DNA of 22,160 nt from Promethearchaeota archaeon. Lineage in GTDB: Archaea; Asgardarchaeota; Odinarchaeia; Odinarchaeales; JBHLKK01. Positions 15,184 through 22,160 of the stretch are shown here, in pieces (position 1 is the first letter of the stretch; every line of letters begins with the position of its first letter). Position numbers and translations under genes: made by a program. The notes under the pieces are model-generated. The model searched no databases, was not told the DNA's origin, and worked only from the letters and a program-made list of their open reading frames with translations. The stretch is from assembly GCA_048939465.1 (NCBI GenBank), contig JBHLPL010000022.1, positions 1 through 22,160 on the forward strand, written 5' to 3'.

Positions 15184-16365
15184 TCATTTTTTTACAGTCT
15201 CTCCAAGGTTACGCCCCAATCCTCTCAATCTGTCAAGATCGTTCTCATCAGGCACATACCTAACTCTCACACCCTCATACGGTATCTCCCAGCCTAATCC
15301 CCTAAAGATTTCCTCGATCTCATTAACTACCTTTCCTCCCCAGCCATAAGATCCAAAGGCAAAACCGATGCGTTTTCGTGGCCTCAGCCCTTTAAGGTAG
15401 GTTAAGAAAGCACTGACCTTTGGAAATATTCCGTTGTTTAGTGTAGGGGAGCCGACTAAGATGGCCCTAGAGAATAACACGTCAGTCATGACATCCGATA
15501 TATCTGTGGTCTTCAGGCACCTCACGACAACCGGAATTCCAGACTCCTCCAGCCCTTCTCCTAAAGCGTATGCCATTTTTTCTGTTGATCCCCACATTGT
15601 ATCATAGACAATTACTGCCCTCTTCTCGCTCTCAAATGCTGCCCATTTCGTGTAAGCCTCCATTATCTTAGACAAATATGATCTCCAGATTAACCCGTGA
15701 CTTGGGGCTACCATTTCTATGTCTAACGTGGAAAGAGCATCCAAAGCTTTTCTTACTTGGTCCCCGTAAGGAAGAACGATATTTCCGTAATACTTGGCTG
15801 CCTCCTCATGAAGAATATCCCATCCTAACTCATCATCAAAACGCTCAGATGATGCAATATGTTGTCCGAAGGCGTCATTTGGCAGAAGCAGCTTCTCCTC
15901 GGGTATATAGGTTGCCATTGAGTCGGGCCAGTGAACCATCGGGGTAAGGTAAAACTGAAGAGTCCTCTTTCCAATCTTTATTGAATCTCCAGTCTTGACG
16001 ACCCAGAAATTCCAGTCCTTTTTGAAATGATAACGGAGGCCATTCTCACCCTGGGGTGATACAATTACTTTGGCTTGGGGTACTAACTCCAGAATTCTGG
16101 GAAGAGAGCCGGAATGGTCCATTTCTACGTGGTTTGTAACAACGTAATCTATGGTTGAAGGATCGATGAGTTTCTTGATACGAGACAGCATCTCATCAAA
16201 AAGGTAGTGCTTCACCGTGTCTACAAGAACTTTCTTTTCATCCAGAATCAAGTACGCATTGTAGGTGCTGCCGCGCGGAGTAACGTATCCATGAAAACTC
16301 CTCAAATTCCAGTCAATACCCCCTACCCAATGAATATCCGGTTTAACCTGAACAGGATTTGCCAT
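15184..16365 (-). CDS. fprA: Flavodiiron protein (O2/NO reductase)
   Basis: GSTYNAY, NHVEMDHSG, HWPDSM, NDAFGQH, APSHG; flavodoxin domain YDTMWGSTEKMA...GSPTLN...FGSYGW. Confidence 0.95.
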   Translation of the reverse strand: MANPVQVKPDIHWVGGIDWNLRSFHGYVTPRGSTYNAYLILDEKKVLVDTVKHYLFDEMLSRIKKLIDPSTIDYVVTNHVEMDHSGSLPRILELVPQAKVIVSPQGENGLRYHFKKDWNFWVVKTGDSIKIGKRTLQFYLTPMVHWPDSMATYIPEEKLLLPNDAFGQHIASSERFDDELGWDILHEEAAKYYGNIVLPYGDQVRKALDALSTLDIEMVAPSHGLIWRSYLSKIMEAYTKWAAFESEKRAVIVYDTMWGSTEKMAYALGEGLEESGIPVVVRCLKTTDISDVMTDVLFSRAILVGSPTLNNGIFPKVSAFLTYLKGLRPRKRIGFAFGSYGWGGKVVNEIEEIFRGLGWEIPYEGVRVRYVPDENDLDRLRGLGRNLGETVKK

Positions 16366-16541
16366 TACTCTTCGACCTTTTCAAACTCTTCTTTACTTGC
16401 CCCACACTCTGGACATACCCAGTCATCCGGCAACTTCTCAAATGGAGTTCCTGGTGGTATGTCGGCATCGGGATCTCCCTTTGCAGGGTCATAAACATAG
16501 CCACAAACAATACATTGGTATTTTGCCATTTTCTCTGACAT
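16365..16541 (-). CDS. rub: Rubredoxin (58 aa; not in the ORF track)
   Basis: Manual translation [58 protein letters not shown]; CxxC...CxxC; SD GGAGGTGG upstream; TAATG overlap with fprA. Confidence 0.97.
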   Translation of the reverse strand: MSEKMAKYQCIVCGYVYDPAKGDPDADIPPGTPFEKLPDDWVCPECGASKEEFEKVEE

Positions 16542-16713
16542 CTTTCGAAACCACCTCCTCTAAAGTGGCATGAATTTATCCCTATCATTTGGACTTTATT
16601 TAAGCTTATCTTACGGATATTTTGAACCGTTTCTTACAGGACTATTCTGGATCTGGCTGTAAACCTACCGTTATTGTCAGGATGCCAATTCTTTTTCCTT
16701 TGAATCCTGTACC

Positions 16714-17163
16714 CTACTCGATTTGTTTCAAAAAGATCTTATATTGCTCTTCGTGGTGCTTTTCTGCCTTAGCAATCGCTCTGAATCTTCGGGCAACCTC
16801 CGGAAAGCCTTCCCTTTCGGCAACTTCGGCAAACTCAGGGTACATTTTTGTGTTTTCATAATTTTCACCGTTAATTGCAGCCTTGAGATTCTGTTTCGTG
16901 CCACCGAGTATTAACGGGGCTTCAACCTTAATCTGGATTACGTTTACGTCATCCTTTGTTGCTTTCTTCACATCATTTATCATTCTGAATAATGCTTTTG
17001 CGTGAGACCTCTCATGTTTTGCGGTCTTAAGGAATCTCTCCGCAACATGCTCGTATCCTTCTGAGTCTGCGACTTCAGCGTATACCGCATATCTGTTTCT
17101 TGCTTGGCTTTCTCCAATGAATGCCTTCACCAGATTCTTAATTGTCTCAGTTTTGTTTGACAT
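16714..17163 (-). CDS. rbr: Rubrerythrin di-iron domain lacking the C-terminal rubredoxin-like domain
   Basis: [50 protein letters not shown]; stops at TAG before the usual CxxC domain. Start inferred at MSNKT. Confidence 0.88.
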   Translation of the reverse strand: MSNKTETIKNLVKAFIGESQARNRYAVYAEVADSEGYEHVAERFLKTAKHERSHAKALFRMINDVKKATKDDVNVIQIKVEAPLILGGTKQNLKAAINGENYENTKMYPEFAEVAEREGFPEVARRFRAIAKAEKHHEEQYKIFLKQIE

Positions 17164-17185
17164 TCTATATCGCCTTGACTTGCAT

Positions 17186-17239
17186 TTCGGTTCGAATAAT
17201 AGCATTTTGTGGGAAAGGTTTTTAAATGTTTGGTTCGAA
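17186..17239. promoter_or_regulatory. Divergent rbr/lrp promoter: shared TATA flanked by two TTCG-N3-CGAA-like operators
   Basis: TTCGGTTCGAA (17186-17196) and TTTGGTTCGAA (17229-17239) flank TTTTTAAAT (about 17219-17227), which reads as a TATA box on both strands. Confidence 0.55.
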
Positions 17240-17248
17240 ATTAGTACC

Positions 17249-17665
17249 ATGGATGACAGAGACATAATGATAGTGGACACACTGTTGGAGAATGCACGGA
17301 TCCCTAGGGTCAAGATCGCTCAGAAGCTTCACATAAGTGAAGCTGCAGTCCGTAAGAGGATAGCAAGACTAGAGAAAGAGGGAGCTATCTTTGGCTACAG
17401 AGCTATTGTGGACCAAAAGAAAATCGGTTATTTGACTTCTCTCACTGGTGTTGATGTTGCTCCTGAGCATCTGTGGAGAGCCGTTGACAAGCTCAAGAAA
17501 AAGAAGGAAATCAAGTCTATCTTTCTGTCCAGCGGAGATCATACGATAATGATTGAAATCTGGGGCAAGACCGCAGAAGAGCTTGCCAAGATCCACAAAG
17601 ACCTTGAAAGAATTGAGGGAATAGAAAGGATATGTCCCGCCATCATAACTGAAAGGATAAGGTAA
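17249..17665 (+). CDS. lrpA: Lrp/AsnC-family regulator, LrpA/Ptr2-like
   Basis: MDDRD..I...L.ENAR....[20 protein letters not shown]; C-terminal [32 protein letters not shown], recalled as characteristic of Pyrococcus LrpA and Methanocaldococcus Ptr2. Confidence 0.88.
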   Translation: MDDRDIMIVDTLLENARIPRVKIAQKLHISEAAVRKRIARLEKEGAIFGYRAIVDQKKIGYLTSLTGVDVAPEHLWRAVDKLKKKKEIKSIFLSSGDHTIMIEIWGKTAEELAKIHKDLERIEGIERICPAIITERIR

Positions 17666-17722
17666 TCGGAAACCTACCTCCGAAGCTGTGCCTCTCCCCG
17701 GGGAAGGGTTGTGAGCAGAGTT

Positions 17723-18025
17723 CTATTTTGTCTCAAAAAACCTTTTGACAGCCTTTATGAAATCGTCTAAGTCATCGACGAAAACTGGAATGCCCATGAA
17801 ACTCAGGAATATTCCAGTGTCCTCAATTCGCTGATCTAGATTGAGTCTTGACAATACAGCGCCAGCAATCATCATAAGCAGCCCGGCCGGATAGTGGTGT
17901 ATTCTCATGCCACCTACGTATATTTTAGGCTTCTTGGGGATGCTATTCCATATTTCGGTCAAAGCAGTACCTGTGAGTAGCCCAAGAATGGCCATCCTTC
18001 TCTTTTTGTTTTCATTCTTACTCAT
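17723..18025 (-). CDS. Small hypothetical membrane protein
   Basis: 100 aa, two to three hydrophobic segments, G.RIHHY..G motif and DDLDD tail. Confidence 0.6.
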   Translation of the reverse strand: MSKNENKKRRMAILGLLTGTALTEIWNSIPKKPKIYVGGMRIHHYPAGLLMMIAGAVLSRLNLDQRIEDTGIFLSFMGIPVFVDDLDDFIKAVKRFFETK

Positions 18026-18066
18026 ACGGATTTATCCTTCATGTTTTCAGCTGCATGAAGATCTGT

Positions 18067-18510
18067 CTATCCACATTTAAAGAACAACCAGGATTTTTCT
18101 TCCTTCTTAAATCTGATTAAGCAATACCTTCCTTTGAGTCTTTTCCCTTCTATGTGAACTATGATCTCGTCCTCTTTCCATTTCTCGGGACGATATCTTC
18201 CGCTGTCCCAAGTCTCCACAGTTCCAGATCCGTATTCGCCCTTAGGTATGATTCCCTGGAAGGACGCATAGTCTATTGGGTGATCTTCTGTCTGTACTGC
18301 CAGTCTCTTGATTCCTTTTACAGTTGGGGGTTCCTTTGGCACTGCCCAGCTCTTCAAAACGCCTTCTCTTTCAAGCCTTAAGTCGTAATGAAGACGTGTA
18401 GCGTCGTGCTTCTGTATGACATAAATATGCCCACTACTCTTTCTCAGCTCCCCTTTGGGCTCCTTGGTCTTCCCAAAATTCCTTTTCTTCCAATACTCTT
18501 CCAAGCTCAT
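18067..18510 (-). CDS. Stand-alone LigD-type DNA 3'-phosphoesterase (PE) domain protein
   Basis: [62 protein letters not shown]. Confidence 0.92.
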   Translation of the reverse strand: MSLEEYWKKRNFGKTKEPKGELRKSSGHIYVIQKHDATRLHYDLRLEREGVLKSWAVPKEPPTVKGIKRLAVQTEDHPIDYASFQGIIPKGEYGSGTVETWDSGRYRPEKWKEDEIIVHIEGKRLKGRYCLIRFKKEEKSWLFFKCG

Positions 18511-18560
18511 TACCGAGACTCCTCCTCACTCAAAGCTGAAATATCTTACTGTGTCTTTTT

Positions 18561-18919
18561 CTCCGCAAAAAGACTCCATCCGGGAGGATGGAGATGAATT
18601 GCGTTGTGTTTAAATGATTTTCCAGTAACTTAAACTTTGGGTAAGATGCTCGTAGGAGGAGGGTTGTTCAACGCGTGAGCGCAAAACCTAGTCTGAGAGC
18701 ATAGGTCTTTCGGGCACATCCTGCTCGACATGGCAGCTGGGTATTTGTGGCGCAAATAACAGAGTCAATCAGCCCCAAGGGCGGAAGAGACCTTGCTGTG
18801 CGGCCCTGAACTCGGAGCACAGAGATCTCCCCCTAGGAATCTGAGAAGCCAAAGTGCCCTCAGACGTATGAAACAGGTAGAGCGAGGAAAGCCCCTTTCG
18901 AAAGCTGGGGTAAGTTCGC
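18561..18919 (+). mobile_element. Degenerate IS200/IS605-family (tnpB-type) element, copy B (about 359 bp)
   Basis: Left end homologous to copy A with a perfect hairpin CTCCATCC-GGGA-GGATGGAG (18574-18593) and TATA at 18609-18615. ATGAAACAGG (18868-18877) is shared with copy A. Decayed right end GGAAAGCCCC...GGGGTAAGTTCGC; the right boundary is less certain. Confidence 0.68.
18680..18880 (+). pseudogene. tnpB: Possible heavily decayed tnpB fragments
   Basis: Fragments NLV*EHRSFGHILLD (compare NMVKNHRL..I.D) and CGPELGAQRSPPRNLR (same spacing as CG.ELDRD.NAARNL). Similarity is weak and judged by eye. Confidence 0.35.
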
Positions 18920-19121
18920 TGGTCAAGCTGTCTTCGTATAAAAATCCTTGCTCTTCTGTTTCGGCCAGTGTAGACCAAGGAGCTTGGCAAGGATCGGTGC
19001 TCCAACCAGTTTGCCAAAAAGGATAGATATTTATAATTTTGATGCCGAAAATATATACGTAGAGTAAAGAAAATTGAGGAATTCCCAATCATCTAAAAGG
19101 GCCATTGAGAGGAATTATACG

Positions 19122-22100
19122 TTGAAGATTCCGATTAGAAAATTAACATTTGTGTTTCTCATTTCACTGGTTGTTATGCTGGGCCAGTTCGTAGTTTTCT
19201 CAGAGTCTGCGACTCAACCCCCTCCCCAAAAATGGTCAGATCTGTATCTTCCACAGTACCCGGAAGTCAATGAAACCCTTGCATATAGCTCTTCTCTTCA
19301 CGAGGCTGGATTCCCCGTAGTTATGTATGACTTAAGTGGTGACGGAGTTCCAGAGATCTTATTTGGCTCCGATGACGGTGAATTCTATGTTTGGAATGCC
19401 AGTAACAACAACTATGCTCCAATCTGGAACGACAACATTGCATCATTAAATCCAACTGTGGCCAGTAAGTATGAGATATTCTCAGTAGCAGTGGGTGACA
19501 TGGATACGAACACTTCTTCCTTGGAGATTTTGGTCGGCACAGTCAACTATATTACTGTCCTAACCTGGAATGGCACAAGTTGCGTATATAATCGGACCGT
19601 ACAGTTGGCTGTCGGAGGAAGTGATATGATAGTGTCGAGTTTAATTGTGGAAGACATAGATAATGACTCCTATAATGAAATAATCGCAGCTATTGGAAGA
19701 AAAACGAACTATGCTGACAATGTTACATCTCATTCTGGAAAGATGTTTGTCTGGAAGGCAACCGATTTTCGGGACAATCCTGGTGACTGGAAACAAATCG
19801 ACGCCACGGATCTTAATAGGATTAAAACAAATTGGTATACCAACAGGGGATGCTATTCTCTGATTACGGGCGATCCCGATAACGATAATAAGACTGAGAT
19901 CATAGCGCATCTGGAATACTTGGGGGTTGGATGCACGGTCATTATAAATTCATCCACATACATTGATGAGTCGATTATTTCAGCTCCAGAAGGAAGGGGA
20001 TATGGACTGGCATGCGGCGATATTGACAATGACGGAGATAACGAATTGGCGATTGGAGACGGAGACGGAACCGTTTATATTATGTCTGGGGCTGGCAGCT
20101 CCTATTCCACTTCTAAGCCCATATTGATTCCAGGGGCCTCGTTGGTCTGGGGTCTAAAGATTGCCGATTCAGATAATGACACGCGTAATGAACTTATCGC
20201 CACGACGCTCCAAGGAGATCTCAGGATATTTCAGTGGGATAGTAGTTTCAACGAGCTTAAAGAAGAAGATACGAGTATCGAGTGGATTGGTGCGCAAGTT
20301 GGAGCTTTCAATTTCATTTGTGTGGGAGATCCAGATAACGATAGCTGGACCGAGCTTGCGTTGGGAAAAGCTGGACCGAATTCAGGCTTTGGTGTTTCCG
20401 ACTATGATTCAAAAGGGCATTTGCACGTCTTCGGTTATATTCCGACCTGGGCTAACGTGACAGCCCCGCCGCCATCCACGATTCAAGCGGCAACCCCCAT
20501 TATATTCAACGCACAGTATAACCGAACTGATTCTTCGGAGGGAATACCAGGCCTCCAACAAGTTGTTGGTATAGACAATGACACCCAGACACTGTGGGAA
20601 GGAGGATCACCCAGCTTCATAGATGAAGGTTCAGGAAACTATACTATCGAACTCCCCACGACTGGAGTGGAACCGGGATATCATGCCGTTAGAGTTATTC
20701 TGTTTGAGGTGGAATTTGAGCCTGGCGAGGTCTTTGTGAATTTCACTGTTTCGGGAGCAGATACAAACGTAACAGTACTCTGGGGGGCGGCAAATCTATC
20801 TGGATACTGGGAAACATACGGTGCCTTTAGCCCGTATGTTAACAGCACAGACAAGGGAATCGCGATTTTTTACTCTTATAATTCATCAGGAACACCAACT
20901 GGAATAATCGGCGCAAGGGGTCGAGCCTCACTGCTCGACCTTAATGGAACCATGATAGGGGGCAAAGAGCAACTGCCGTGGTATGACTTATTCGAATTAT
21001 ATGGAGGTAATGTCTCATACAGGGGAATCTACTATATTCAGCTAGATACTTACGGCCTGCACGTAGCAGATTTTAATTTGACCATTACTGTATGGAAGGA
21101 GAAATACAATCCCGCTGAACTATGGGTTATCGTTCACGTTGAACCTATTCCATCTAGCCTTGTAGCTGTTGGTGAGGAGATATCTATCTACGAAGGCGGG
21201 GATTTTGAAGTATCCGTATTCTTCAGGGACGATTACCATCTTAAGGATGTGAGTAACGGAGCTGTATCTCTCACAATAACAAATGGTACTTGGAACTGGG
21301 GCAACTATGTTTATCTCAGCTACGAGACATTCGGTCTATACAAGAGTGAAGAAATAAAACTGGAAGACATAGGTATCACCTCCGGAACCTATAGTATCAT
21401 CATAAATGGTAGTGCCCCTGACTACGAAGATTGTCAAACCAGCCTTCCCTTTGCGGTCAATCTGAAGGCAAATGTTGTACTGATTCTTTCTCAGCTTCCG
21501 TCCGAAATCATGGCCGGAGAATCACTGCCTGTAGAAGCAACACTGACTTTCGAAAACGGAACGGCCGTTATAAACCAGGACGTGAAATTCACATACACAT
21601 ATGATGGTCTGCCGCACGACGGTCCAACTGTAGTCACAGATGAAAATGGAAAGGCAAGCATAACGATTACTCCACCTGCGGGAACTACAAGAGTCGAAAT
21701 CAGCGTAAGATACGACGGCTCGGAAGAGACAAACCCGATTACGAGCGTAGCTTCTACTGCTGCTGGAGGAACTTTTGTACGGATTGTTACGATCTGGGAC
21801 AGAATGATAGAAATGCTGCCTTTTGCAGGAATCGGTGCAGCGGTGGTTGGAGGTTCGGCATTTTCATTTCATCGATTTGTAAGAGTACCCAAGAGAAGAC
21901 GCAAACTTGAAGAATTGAATAGGATAGCTGAGACTTTCGACAACTTCGAAAATCTGAGGCACATAATAGTCTTGGAAAAGAATAGTGGTTTGACTATCTA
22001 TGATCAATCATTTACAGGTACAAACCTTGACCCGTCTCTAGTAAGCGGATTTATCCAAGCGATTTCCTCATTTGGAGCTGAGCTTACCAAGAAGGCTGAT

Positions 22101-22160
22101 GGAAAGCTCAGAGAGTTAACCTATGAGGGTTTCCGACTGCTGTTAGACGAAGGTGACTAT
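19122..22160 (+). CDS. Large cell-surface protein, partial (runs off the window): signal peptide, 7 FG-GAP/VCBS-like repeats, about 4 Ig-like domains, TM helix, cytoplasmic longin-like domain
   Basis: Stop-free frame of 1013 codons from TTG 19122 (SD GAGAGG; upstream in-frame TAA at 19065). Signal peptide MKIPIRKLTFVFLISLVVMLGQFVVFSESA. Seven D-x-[DS]-x-[DN]-x-x-x-E loops. About 25 N-x-S/T sequons by manual count. TM at about 21813-21869 then HRFVRVPKRRRK. Tail LRHIIVLEKNSGLTIYDQSF...LDPSLVSGFIQAISSFGAEL...LRELTYEGFRLLLDEG. Confidence 0.9.
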   Translation, partial: MKIPIRKLTFVFLISLVVMLGQFVVFSESATQPPPQKWSDLYLPQYPEVNETLAYSSSLHEAGFPVVMYDLSGDGVPEILFGSDDGEFYVWNASNNNYAPIWNDNIASLNPTVASKYEIFSVAVGDMDTNTSSLEILVGTVNYITVLTWNGTSCVYNRTVQLAVGGSDMIVSSLIVEDIDNDSYNEIIAAIGRKTNYADNVTSHSGKMFVWKATDFRDNPGDWKQIDATDLNRIKTNWYTNRGCYSLITGDPDNDNKTEIIAHLEYLGVGCTVIINSSTYIDESIISAPEGRGYGLACGDIDNDGDNELAIGDGDGTVYIMSGAGSSYSTSKPILIPGASLVWGLKIADSDNDTRNELIATTLQGDLRIFQWDSSFNELKEEDTSIEWIGAQVGAFNFICVGDPDNDSWTELALGKAGPNSGFGVSDYDSKGHLHVFGYIPTWANVTAPPPSTIQAATPIIFNAQYNRTDSSEGIPGLQQVVGIDNDTQTLWEGGSPSFIDEGSGNYTIELPTTGVEPGYHAVRVILFEVEFEPGEVFVNFTVSGADTNVTVLWGAANLSGYWETYGAFSPYVNSTDKGIAIFYSYNSSGTPTGIIGARGRASLLDLNGTMIGGKEQLPWYDLFELYGGNVSYRGIYYIQLDTYGLHVADFNLTITVWKEKYNPAELWVIVHVEPIPSSLVAVGEEISIYEGGDFEVSVFFRDDYHLKDVSNGAVSLTITNGTWNWGNYVYLSYETFGLYKSEEIKLEDIGITSGTYSIIINGSAPDYEDCQTSLPFAVNLKANVVLILSQLPSEIMAGESLPVEATLTFENGTAVINQDVKFTYTYDGLPHDGPTVVTDENGKASITITPPAGTTRVEISVRYDGSEETNPITSVASTAAGGTFVRIVTIWDRMIEMLPFAGIGAAVVGGSAFSFHRFVRVPKRRRKLEELNRIAETFDNFENLRHIIVLEKNSGLTIYDQSFTGTNLDPSLVSGFIQAISSFGAELTKKADGKLRELTYEGFRLLLDEGDY

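Noticed and set aside
4331-16583. Shared TTTATCCCT upstream of sufC (4331-4339) and rubredoxin (16575-16583)
   Set aside because: A 9-mer match is expected by chance in 22 kb, is non-palindromic and also occurs in coding sequence.
16714-17313. Extended N-termini of rbr (to 17313) and lrp (from 17117) in the ORF track
   Set aside because: They would overlap head-to-head across the promoter; family similarity starts at 17163 and 17249.
18640-19020. RNase P RNA or SRP RNA (GAGGAAAG, TGAAAC and AACAGAAG fragments)
   Set aside because: Conserved regions are in the wrong order or on opposite strands; no P4 pairing and no SRP helix-8 motif.
18765-19092. Overlapping ORFs 18765-19088, 18769-19092 and 18793-19026 as real genes
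   Set aside because: Three mutually overlapping frames over an IS relic and a promoter, with no coherent protein features.
1-22160. Selenoprotein or pyrrolysine recoding, CRISPR array, rRNA or tRNA genes
   Set aside because: Redox enzymes all have Cys at catalytic positions, no in-frame UGA/UAG readthrough yields an intact domain, and I saw no regularly spaced repeats or RNA-gene signatures by eye.

Overview
Archaeal DNA: TATA/BRE promoters, GGAGG/GGTG ribosome-binding sites and archaeal-type proteins. It is probably from an Asgard archaeon, inferred from the last gene. Bases 295-17665 are largely an iron, Fe-S and oxidative-stress region: ferritin-like protein, DUF438/hemerythrin/PAS protein, minimal SufCB, thioredoxin reductase, MBL-rhodanese, endonuclease III, peroxiredoxin, 1Fe- and 2Fe-superoxide reductases, PfpI, FprA, rubredoxin (absent from the ORF track), a truncated rubrerythrin and a divergent LrpA/Ptr2-type regulator. 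A split UxaA-family dehydratase and a two-subunit 2-oxoacid:ferredoxin oxidoreductase lie among these, and a stand-alone LigD phosphoesterase follows. Two things stand out, and neither is identifiable from the ORF track. (1) There are two related miniature IS200/IS605 (tnpB-type) elements, at 12680-12893 and 18561-~18919. The first is reduced to left end, promoter and omegaRNA-like right end, and sits inside the nth stop codon. (2) An ORF of more than 1013 codons (19122 to beyond the window end) encodes signal peptide, seven FG-GAP-like Ca-binding repeats, about four Ig-like domains, a TM helix and a cytoplasmic longin-like domain. All calls come from manual motif recognition; no database searches or folding programs were run.
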